A stretch of DNA of 64,000 nt from Tubulanus polymorphus (Eukaryota > Animalia > Nemertea): positions 11,688,451 to 11,752,450 of the forward strand of contig NC_134035.1 in NCBI RefSeq assembly GCF_964204645.1. The letters run 5' to 3'. The notes beneath the pieces were generated by a model. That model was not told the origin of the DNA and did not search any database. It was given only the letters and a program-made list of their open reading frames with translations. Each line of letters begins with the position of its first letter. The first letter of the stretch is position 1. Shown in pieces: positions 1-10,554 of this stretch. The position numbers were made by a program, and so were the translations under genes.

Positions 1-42
1 TTTTGAGTTTTTGAGATGCTATGCGGTATGTGAAGAACTTAC

Positions 43-2075
43 CAGATATCAGCGGCCGGGACTCCGTGTATGATTTTATCCTCACCATTGATCTTAACGC
101 TATACTTGTAGGACAGCAGCTGAAATCAATGGTTAAGATAGAACAATCAGAACTTTGAATATCTAGTCATTTCAATCAATTGTGGCATTTTATGGCAAAA
201 TATTCAGTCACTTAACGAAATCAGTGCATACGCCTATTTACCTGCGGTATTGTCCACTTTTTCGGCGACCCCTCAGAAGTGGTAGCGTTATTGTTTTCAT
301 TCGTGCTATTTTCTTTATCGCTCGACGGCGAATGGCAGTTAGTTACTTTCGGAGCCTGAAAAAATAAAATGGAAATAAATTCATTGAAAAAGAGTTTCTA
401 AGGAATCAAATAGTCATAGGAGCCCTGTCAATGTATGTATGTAAAACATGGCATTAAATCTGGATTCCTCATAAACCTGATTAATTTCATCAGTCTAAAA
501 TGATCCGAATTAAGCAGGTTCTACTGTAAATTCAAATTCTGCCCAACTTACATCCACAACGCCGCATTTATCAACGTCAGTAACGTGGCCGATGATTCTG
601 AAAAGATTCAAAATGCAAAATTCAACCGCTGATCACACGACTATATAACTGTAATTTGAGGTCCAATTTCGACATCAAAAATCTGTTTCGACAGGTTTGG
701 TGGGTTTGTAAAGGACAACAAATCAAAACAATTCAAGTCCACTAATCAAATAAATAACAGGGACAATCCATATTTCAAGATCAAAATCTCATAATAATAA
801 TAAACTGGCACTTACAAGTAATTTGTGCATCAGAATAATACAAGTTTCAAAGTGTTTAATCAGGGTGAAATAATGCGGTACTTACGACTTGCCGTTTGTT
901 TTTACTTTGAAAATGACTTCCTCACCGACGAGATACGCCTGGTGGAGACACGTCCAAGCTTTATCAACGAGCAAATCTAGTGAATCGGTCGCTACGAATA
1001 AACAATAACAACATGGGGTTAGAATTCTATATAGTTTGAGGGCATTCTCAATGAAGGCAATCATCGAAACGGATTGCAGTGGATGAAATTGAATCTTTGA
1101 ATCTTTCCAATTTATTCCTAACCCTTTCAGTGCGAACTAATTAATACCCGAAAGTACTGGAGATAATTTGGTTTGTATGACAATGTGAAATTCTTGATGT
1201 ATATTACTTTGAACATGTCACTAGACATATTGACTGTTGAAGGCATTAGATAACGGAGCAAAAAGTCCGCTGTAAACGTAAAAACCCATCTTTGTTCAAG
1301 TTTACGATCAAAAAGACAACACAACATACTATGATGAATGATTTCGAGCACCGGTTTCTCGAAACAACTCGGAAACTGGGACTTCAACGACTTTCTGGCG
1401 GTCATTTCCGATAGAAACGCTTGCTCGTGAGTGAGGTTTACGTGTCCCGTACATTGACACGTCCAAACACGCTCGCTGTACAAACTCATACGTTTAGTGT
1501 ATTCACTGAAAATACCGGGTTAAAGAAAACACCAAGTGAATCAAACATAAAATGACTGACGACTGAAACTGACGCTTTGGCGCTTTCTAGCAAACCGGCA
1601 GGGGTACGAACACTGTTCTGTCCACTATCTTCTCTCTAAATCTTTCTTAACACTTTCGTTTCCTATAATTATCAGAAATGTGTTGGTCATTCGGCAAAAG
1701 TGTATTACTATTGACTCGACATATGCCGTGGTATGGCAAAATATCGTCGGCCTGAATGAATAGCAAAAAGTGGAACACCAGCGAGACGTTTTTCTTTCTG
1801 TTGTCGCCACAAAAACAAATCGAACTGAGTTATAAAGCCATAGGATTAGGACCCACAACTCAAGATTCCCATTATAACAGGTGTTAGGCCCGTGTGGATA
1901 CATGATAAGCTACGATTGGATGGAAAATGATGCGTTGTTTGCGAAAACATGTAAAAGGATACTCTTTAGTTTTGAACTGTTCTTTTGAATGAGGAATCGT
2001 GTAAACGGTCTCATTTTCATCGATGTTAGTTATCGGTCGAGCCGGACTGAAATATTTCTGCCGTAAAAGCGGCAT
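43..2075 (-). CDS. BAZ1B: BAZ1B/WSTF (WAC-domain chromatin remodelling factor), 5' part; exons 2075-1963, 1505-1330, 991-886, 597-552, 355-242, 119-43; continues off the left edge
   Basis: Spliced translation MPLLRQKYF...TIPHSKEQFKTKDEYTKRMSLYSERVWTCQCTG...LTHEQA...FPSCFEKPVLEIIHH...LDLLVDKAW...VGEEV...SPSSDKENS...YKYSVKINGEDKII closely resembles the recalled BAZ1B N-terminus (WAC domain, SPSSDKENS). All introns are GT-AG with matching phases. Confidence 0.9.
1122..1170 (+). mobile_element. Truncated 5' end of the piggyBac-like MITE seen at 3157-3462
   Basis: CCCTTTCAGTGCGAACTAATTAATACCC...CTGGAGATAATTTG aligns with the start of the full copy. Confidence 0.6.
1506..1962 (-). other. U12-type (minor spliceosome) GT-AG intron 1 of BAZ1B
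   Basis: 5' splice site GTATCCTTTT. Branch-site-like TTCTTTAAC lies about 12 nt upstream of the AG, with no long polypyrimidine tract. Phase 2. Confidence 0.85.
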
Positions 2076-2485
2076 CTCGGCCGAATACGACGATTGTTTT
2101 GAATGTGGCGGGAACTACCGATGCTCTTCGCAGTTTTTGTAGAGCTAGCCCAAACCGTGAAAGTAGGTCATCCGCTACTTCCGGTGTCCCCGAAATTCGC
2201 GCGGAAGTATCGCTAGCGGGTGGCTCCGAGTTAAAAATGGTGACCAGTCTACCGCGGTCAACCAGAAACCCAATACGATTTATGTTAGTAAATCACATAC
2301 AGAAGACTTTATGGGCCTTTATTACTGTTTTAAAAGAATTGATCATAGAAATTCGAAAACAAATGATTTGGAAATTTCTCTTTCGTCGGTTCGGGTCAGA
2401 ATTTTCATGATCACGGATTGAAATTTTCGTTTCGCGCGTCGCTGGCCTGAACACTCACCCCAGAAAAATATATCTAACACGAAAT
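2076..2485. promoter_or_regulatory. Bidirectional promoter / 5' UTR region shared by BAZ1B and SSBP1
   Basis: Divergent ATGs are 410 bp apart. The region is CpG-enriched, with inverted ETS/GABP sites ACTTCCGG (2177-2184) and GCGGAAGT (2201-2208) and E2F-like TTCGCGCG motifs. Confidence 0.6.
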
Positions 2486-5389
2486 ATGTTCGCTTTATTC
2501 AGAAATACTCTCAAATTAAACCCGACGGTAAATTTAAATATGCCCAGTTAATTATCTAATCGCCATGATATTCCTAATCCACCACCAACTGACGGCTCCT
2601 GGCTTGTGCCCAACCAGTGGGAACCCTGTCGCGGCATGGCCTGGGGCCTGTTGAAATGAATATCCCTACCAAAAAATCGACAAAAAAATGTATTCAGTAA
2701 ATAATCATATAAATGAATGAGGCTGAACAGTCAGTTAATGAAATTATCACATATGATTGTGTTGAGCAGGTTGAATCCATATCAAATTTGTTTGACGTCG
2801 AATCAATAATACTAGACAAGGATTTTATTTGGGCTTTTTTAGGCAGTCTTGATTCTTGATGATGCCATTAGGCTGAACCCCTGCTGTGGGGGCATGATAC
2901 TTAACGAATAGCCATTTTATCATGGTTTATTTCTATCTCTTCAGGGGACGTTGCGGTCTTTTTCGGTAACTACACGCTTCACGAATGATGGAAACCATGA
3001 ATATGCAGAAGAAGCACAAACTAAAAGATTTGAAAAATGTGAGCAAACCCACCTATGACCGATACACCAAACCACAAATGGCTATCACCAGAATCTTCGA
3101 AAGATTGGAGACTCCTAAACTGAAAATACTTTTATAAGTGCTTGAAACTCCTTTAACCCTTTCAGTGCTGACTAATTAATACCCTATAGTGCTGGAGATG
3201 ATTTGAAAATTTTGAATAATTCCGCCCTAGTGTGTTGAATAACGGGAATACCACTATGGGGCGTCTACACCGTGGCGCGGTGTATCGTTAATTACTAATA
3301 TTTCTCAATGTGTGTTGCCATCTTTAATAGATATAATTACTAATTACATCAAAATATACCGCAGTACCGGTGTACTAGCACAATCTATCAAATATACCGG
3401 TGTACTAGCACAATCTATCACTGATTTATACACTGCACTGCAGTGTAGATGCACTGAAAGGGTTAATTTTAGCAGAAATGCCAAAAATTCCTTCATTTTT
3501 CGAATTAGGCAATTAGAAATGTTTGTAATTATACAGAAGACTACGTCTAAATCGGTACAGTCGCGACCAGGAATTGACAAATATACAAATTAGGCCCCAT
3601 TCTGGTGACACTAATAATCTACACTGGCCCCATAGAGACATAGTATATACGGAGTTTGTTTTGTTTCGTTTGATAGGTGTGAATCAAGCGCAGTTGCTCG
3701 GAAGAATCGGAAACGATCCTGAAATACGAGGCAATGAAAGATATCCGGTGGTCATGTTTTCCTTGGCGACTAATCTCAGTTTCAAGAGGGCGGATGGTAC
3801 GTAACATTTGATTCGTAACGATGAACCCGGTAGTTTTTTTCGGACGAAACACTGAAAATGAGCGAATTCCATCCATGCTGTCAAACTTAACCATGGCTGT
3901 GCAGCTTTCGGTCTTGGTTCAAATTTGACTAAATGAGTTTAAACATTTCGAAATATACTTATCTTATTATTTCATCATTTGTCGGTCGAATTTTGACCCT
4001 AGGGTTGAAAAATGGAAATTTGATTAGGTACATTAGACTTCAACTTAAACAGTTTTAAGATCACCAAAGTGATCCATCATTTAACTGATTATACTGTTAC
4101 CGTTAGTTACTTGCTACAGGTGGTCAAGTCAGTGGATTCAGGGCGGTATTTGGCGGTGCAGTTGCCAAGAGTCACACTTAACCTAGAAGTGTAGAACTGG
4201 GTGGTTTGATGTTAAATATCACTTGTACACGGCTCAAATGTAAAAATAATTGAATATGTAAAATGCAGATATTCTAAATATATATACATTGATATAGGGA
4301 ACTACACTCAGAGAACTGATTGGCACAGAATCAGCGTCTTTAAACCCGGACTTCGGGAAAATGTTGCGATGAATCTGCGAAAAGGGTGAGTTTTTATTGA
4401 GCGACTCCAGACATTCTTCTGTCTGTGCCCACCCCCCTCAGACAATCAGCTGTATTTATTGAGCGACTCCAGACATTCTTCTGTCTGTGCCCACCCCCCT
4501 CAGACAATCAGCTGTATTTATTGAGCGACTCCAGACATTCTTCTGTCTGTGCCCACCCCCCTCAGACAATCAGCTGTATTTATTGAGCGACTCCAGACAT
4601 TCTTCTGTCTGTGCCCACCCCCCTCAGACAATCAGCTGTATTTATTGAGTGACTCCAGACATTCTTCTGTCTGTGCCCACCCTTCTCAGACAATCTGCTT
4701 TAAATTCTGTGTTCCCCATCTACTTTGCAGAGATCGTATTTTTGTAACCGGCGCTATACGATACGACGAGTACGAATCAAATGGAAATATGATGAAGTCT
4801 ACGAGCGTCATCGCAGGTTTGTGCTTTCGTCATTTAAAACGAAAAATTTTCTAAAACTAAATACAGTAAACGTTGCCTAGCTCGGACAAACCAGGTCTGA
4901 CGAAATTTGTCCAAAGCACGAGGAAAAACTACAAAAAAGATAAGATAATCGTGGAAAAAAATATCATTTTCGTCCAAGTTGGGCATGGTAAAGGTGAGGT
5001 TAACTGTAAAAAAAAAAATCTATTAGGATTTGATTTCGGATTTAGGGGGTGGTCTCCGACTCCGGACTCCTGCTTTCCCATTGAGGTTGACCTTTTTCAC
5101 AGGGATTGTTACAACCTAAAAATCTCACACTCTCAGAAATTGTGTCTTTTTGGATTTATTTCTTCATAATTAGCGAACAACGTCGGTGGGACTCCGCTAG
5201 TTGCTATATAAATATCATGGCTGCTTTATCTGAAAATGCGTTTTTTATGTTTTGGAACCCGGCCTTCCAATTTTCCCAGATCCACCCTTTTGCGTATGAA
5301 TGCGATTGAAATGCTCTAATCTGTTCATTCCATTTTCAGATGATATCGTCAATCTTACGAAGATATATCTCCAACAAAACAGTGACTAG
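2486..5389 (+). CDS. SSBP1: Mitochondrial single-stranded DNA-binding protein; exons 2486-2527, 2945-3038, 3677-3796, 4298-4385, 4731-4816, 5340-5389
   Basis: Spliced product has an Arg/Ser/Leu-rich transit peptide (MFALFRNTLKLNPTGTLRSFS) followed by SSB OB-fold motifs VNQAQLLGRIGNDPE, FSLATN, TDWHRISVFKPGLRE, KGDRIFVTGAIRYDEY and TSVIADDI. Splice sites are canonical and phases consistent. The first exon is less certain. Confidence 0.92.
3157..3462. mobile_element. piggyBac-like non-autonomous MITE (306 bp) in SSBP1 intron 2
   Basis: TTAA on both sides, 12-bp TIRs CCCTTTCAGTGC / GCACTGAAAGGG, CCC...GGG termini, and an internal 30-bp duplication. Confidence 0.85.
4393..4695. repeat. 62-bp tandem repeat, about 5 copies, filling SSBP1 intron 4
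   Basis: Unit TTTATTGAGCGACTCCAGACATTCTTCTGTCTGTGCCCACCCCCCTCAGACAATCAGCTGTA starts at 4393, 4455, 4517, 4579 and 4641. Confidence 0.95.
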
Positions 5390-6369
5390 ACGCGCGGTCA
5401 TCGCTGCCACACCAAAGATAACATCACCGTATTGCATTTAAACCCAGCCGAGTGATTTTATTACTGTGATCTGAAAAGATGCACTCGTTGTTAAATGCTT
5501 GCATTGTTTGTACTCTATATTGAAAAGTACGTACATATACTTTTCAAATTCATGTAAATAAATCTTGTTTATAGATAAAGAAATTGAAATCATGTGTATC
5601 ATTTATCGTGTAGTGTCTGTATTGAGCGCAGTAATGTTCTTCAATAATGCGTTATGCAGCTTTTCTTGTTTCGGTTGCTACTACACTGATAAATGGGCTT
5701 CATTCAAGCTTCTTGGTGACCAGATGCCTATCGCATTTTTATTGGTAATTTTTGTGATTTCTCGTACATACAAACATTCTTTTACAAATTGAAAAAAATG
5801 CTATCTGCAAATAAATAAGTTTTTTAGATTTAATTTCTCGTGTCCTTGTTGGTTTGTGTTTGAGGAAATCGATATTCAAATATCACTTGGCGTAAACAAC
5901 GGGTCCAAATTGCATAGTCCCAAAAGCAAAGCACTCTCAATTTTCCCAGAGGTTAATCGCAGAAATGTGTAGAGGTTGCGCATGGGCGTCATTTCTATTG
6001 TTTACATACGTCACACTGGCCGTCAACTGGTGGGACCTTGTATGTATGCCTCTTGGCGGGGCCAATCTGACCATGTATAGTGTACATCGGTATTGCGAAG
6101 TGCCGTTCAAACCAAAGATCCAATATATAAAATGTTGACAATAAAAACGTAAACTTTTTGATACATAAACTTTATCTATAAACTCCTTCAAGTTATTATG
6201 CTTATAATACATCATACTCGAGTGCATTGTATGTACATTTTAACTGTTATAGGAATAGGAAAAATGGTGGAATGAAATAATAAATAGCCGACTCACAAGC
6301 TTAAAATCCCACTGTTTTTACAATATACGAATTGAAAGATTAGAAACGAAATTGAAAACAAGACACTGC

Positions 6370-7338
6370 GTCACGTGATCACGAGCATAGCCACCGGTCA
6401 CGTGATTACAATAGCGCAGCCCGGTCACGTGATTACATGTACCGGTCACGTGATAACAATAACGCAGCCCGGTCTCGTGATAATACCGGTCACGTGATTA
6501 GCACAGCCCAGTCACGTGATTACATGACACCGGTCACGTGATTACATGTACCGGTCACGTGATAACAATAGCGCAGCCCGGTCTCGTGATAATACCGGTC
6601 ACGTGATTAGCACAGCCCAGTCACGTGATTACATGACACCGGTCACGTGATTACATGTACCGGTCACGTGATAACAATAGCGCAGCCCGGTCTCGTGATA
6701 ATACCGGTCACGTGATTAGCACAGCCCAGTCACGTGATTACATGACACCGGTCACGTGATTACATGTACCGGTCACGTGATAACAATAGCGCAGCCCGGT
6801 CACGTGATAATACCGGTCGTGTGATTGGCTCAGCCCGGTCACGTGATTACATGACACCGGTCACGTGATTACATGTACCGGTCACGTGATAACAATAGCG
6901 CAGCCCGGTCACGTGATAATACCGGTCGTGTGATTGGCTCAGCCCGGTCACGTGATTATATGACACCGGTCACGTGATTACATGTACCGGTCACGTGATA
7001 ACAATAGCGCAGCCCGGTCACGTGATAATACCGATCACATGATTAGCACAGCCCGGTCACGTGATTACATGACACCGGTCACGTGATTACATGTACCGGT
7101 CACGTGATAACAATAGCGCAGCCCGGTCACGTGATAATACCGATCACGTGATTAGCACAGCCCGGTCACGTGATTATATGGCACCGGTCACGTGATTACA
7201 TGTACCGGTCACGTGATAACAATACCGCAGCCCAGTCACGTGATAATACCGGTCACGTGATTAGCGCAGCCCGGTCACGTGATTACATGACACCGGTCAC
7301 GTGATTACATGAGCGTAGCCACCGGTCACGTGATTACA
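6370..7338. repeat. Higher-order minisatellite: 109-bp unit of five CCGGTCACGTGAT-cored monomers (21+27+17+22+22 bp), about 8 copies
   Basis: Period 109 verified at 6421, 6530 and 6639. Roughly 40 TCACGTGA cores. Bounded by a direct repeat GAGC(A/G)TAGCCACCGGTCACGTGATTACA at 6383 and 7311. Confidence 0.95.
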
Positions 7339-8247
7339 GTAGCTGACAACTGTGTCGTGCACCAATGAATGAATGAAAAACCCATAATGCTGAAACGTCA
7401 AAATAAACGTTACTTTGTGTCTAGGAGCTGTTATACCCAATTGTGGTGTGACGGTCAGTCTTGTTCAGAGCCACAGTCTACCCAGTGACTCCCAGTGACT
7501 CCAGTGACTCCAGCGAGGATTATTCATAATTGTTTACAGGTACACACTACCACGTACCTGGTAGGTCTGTCCAGTCGACGAATTCACAAAACTTTGTTCA
7601 TACTTCTTTAATATGTTAAACATAGTATTCCCTTTTATTGAATTTCGCTGATTCCGAAGGTGTATTTTTGCTGAAAATTGCTCCAGTCCATATTTAAAGC
7701 AACAAAAAATTGAATTTTCCATTCAAACCAATTTTTCCATATAAACCGCTCCCGTTTTCCAATCGAGAGAAATATCTCCTCTGAATGAAATACAGTCAAT
7801 GGTCATTATTTCTGTTCTTTATCAATATAGCCCTAGAAGTGGTAGTCAATTCACAACTGGAATAGACCAACCCTTGGGTCCATTTATCTACTCAATCAAA
7901 AAAAAAGATCACTCATATGAGCTCTTATGGCCTAAAGAACGCATCTCAGACTTTTGAATTCAAAACGATTTATCGGGGAACTCCTCTCATGACGTCGACG
8001 CTCTATCGAAATGTCACACCAATGGCTTTTTGGTGACCACACCCCCAAGATTATTAACTTAACGTAGTATCATCAGTCCGAGGAAAATGTTTGAACGAGA
8101 TTCTTTTCGAGATCGGGATTTTGGTTACTACGCCCCTAGATTATTATGCCGTTTTCAAAATTTATTTCACAAAGAATCGCCCGGTACCCCTCGATCGAAG
8201 CTCGACCTTTGAATTCAAGTCTCCGAGCGGCGGCTAGATCGAATCGA

Positions 8248-9695
8248 TCATCTTGTGCTGAAACAAAAGAAGCACCAGACAGCTGTAATAACGGCAGCCA
8301 AAAGCAAACCATTCGTCCGGATATCACGGGCGTCGTTACAAGCGTCCGTATCGCAGCAGCCGGCGATCATCGAATATATATCCGTCGTTTTCTTGGCTAT
8401 CATATGCGCATTGCAGACGCCGAGATTACCTACACTACATCCACGACTGACGACTGTTTCACCGTCGGAACCTTTAGTCATGTATATCTGGAAATGAACA
8501 GATAAATGATGTTGAAAAAGTTAGTTTCGAAAGTAGCCTACCGGAACTCGGAGAAAAATCCACAGTTTACATCAGATGACCTATGACCCGATATAACGAA
8601 ACGAACCCACAAGATTTTTAGATCAGTTCTTAAAACCTATCTTTTTATCAAGCTTATGGTTATAGCCACACTTATATGTATCAATGTTTTATGTAAGTGC
8701 TTTAGAGCTAGTATTTCATTGAATTAGGATGATGATAATACTGATATCACGAAATAGGTGAAATTGATTTGTGATCGAGGATTTGATTTGAGAAAATACC
8801 AATGATGTATATAAGTCCAATGATCGGTGCCAGGGTCTCCCTGTTTAAATATTATTTCATACTTAAAGGGGGATACTGGAGTTGGCTATCAATACTGCTT
8901 TTATCAATTCGCTATATCAATGTGACTGTGGAAAATACAAGGGTCACTTGGTAATGGCAGTCTACTGACCTGGGCACTCAGTCTACATCTGGTGCTCTCT
9001 CACAATTCCAGGTGACCAGAACATTTACAGTGGAATAGATAAGACAATTAGCGTCCAGGTGTAGCTGTTGACAGCAGGTGTTTTCAGGCAGGCTGATCAT
9101 GTTATATGGCCCCAGTAACTTCAAATTTGGAGTAGATGATTCGTGCATACGAAGAAATGACCAAAAGATTACCTGACATGACCCGTAGACGAAACTGCAC
9201 TGTTTGAGTTTGCCAGCGAGCCAGTAGCGATTAGAACACGCACTGTCCGTATCGCTGGAACACTCGTAGCAGGATATAGCGCGAACACCTTGAAAAAACA
9301 AGAAACGTGTATATGACATCATTAAAGGGCTACATAGAATTTGATATTGCTATTGATATTTGAATAAACACAAATTTACTCCGTATTTAGGGGCCCACCT
9401 TGACCAAAGGCTATTCGTTATTGCTTAGGTCATTATACTACGAGCATATCATCATAATATGATGATTTCCAGATGTTCCAGCTGAGTATAGTTGATGCCC
9501 CCAAAAAAGATTTATGATAACCAAGTTTCAAGCACATTTACTTGATGACGACCTTACCGTGCAAATTCGGCATTTCAATAGCAATCTTGTTCAAATCGTA
9601 AATTCAAGCAATAGAGCTAGGGATGGTGCATAAGTACCTTGACACGAAAAGCTCAGAGCTACAAAAACACAAATTCCAAGCCTTGAAATATCCAT
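8248..9695 (-). CDS. Ly6/uPAR three-finger protein, probably GPI-anchored; exons 9695-9638, 9288-9173, 8487-8248 (alternative in-frame ATG at 9707)
   Basis: Signal peptide MDISRLGICVFVALSFSCQG, then ISCYEC...C...C...C...SRGC...C...CCDTDACN (10 Cys, canonical CCxxxxCN), then a hydrophobic C-terminal tail. Typical 3-exon Ly6 layout. Confidence 0.88.
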
Positions 9696-10554
9696 TGCGT
9701 CTACCATTACCGGTGTAAATACGGCCTGAAATGATTTCGGATAAGACTCTGAAACTTTCAATAATAATCCGTTATATTTCGGAGGATGATGATATTAACA
9801 GTAATAAAGTACTTCCTCGTGATTCACAGCATCTGAATGTTGTGTGTGTGTTTACGTACGGAATAGTCAATCTATTTCTTTGACCTGGTTTCTGATATAT
9901 CCTGGTAATCAACACAACGAGAGGCCAAACAAAATGTCAGTCTCTGAAAAAAATGTGCCGCAGTTGCTGATGGCGTTGCTGAAAGATTTGAGATATGGGC
10001 CGAAATGCCAGCTGGGGCGCATTCAGGGGGACTTGGGGTGAGACATCCATCAATTTGTAGTGCCCTTTTTCGTTTTGTCAATAACATGGTGCATTTCAGT
10101 GGGGAGTGCGCCTGATATTGCATTTTTTCGACTACGAATCCTTTGGGATCAAGATCGGGCCAAAAATACGCATATTATCGTCGTATAAATTTGACTGTAG
10201 GAAGTGTTCAGGAATGTGTCCAGGAATGTGTTCAGGAATGTTAGAATTGCCAGTAATGGTGGTTATTTATTTCTAAGCTCTTTAAATTTTGATTAAGATT
10301 CAGACATTGATACTTTGTTGACAAAACACTGTTGACCTGTGTTGAATATTGACAGACCATATCGCGGTACGATACGAATTTCGAGCCGCCGAAATGAAAT
10401 CGCGCCAAGTGCGAAATTCGCATGACGTGCCCTTTTAGATAGCGATGGCCTGATTAATCACAATCGAACATTTTATATAATAATGTACATACATAAGAGG
10501 GATATAATATGATAACGTCATATTGAAGTTCAACGCAGGATAAATCAGAGCAAA

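Noticed and set aside
2099-2410. 103-aa ORF between BAZ1B and SSBP1
   Set aside because: Non-ATG start, no motifs, and it overlaps the promoter/UTR region.
4393-4695. CRISPR array, or coding repeat in ORF 4549-4854
   Set aside because: Head-to-tail identical units with no unique spacers, lying inside a GT-AG intron of SSBP1.
3574-4854. Bacterial or phage ssb, or horizontal transfer
   Set aside because: The gene is split by spliceosomal introns, has a transit peptide and lacks the acidic DDIPF tail, so it is mitochondrial SSBP1.
6370-7338. CRISPR array (palindromic repeats with variable spacers)
   Set aside because: The linkers are only 4-14 nt and recur with a fixed 109-bp period. There are no cas genes and the context is eukaryotic.
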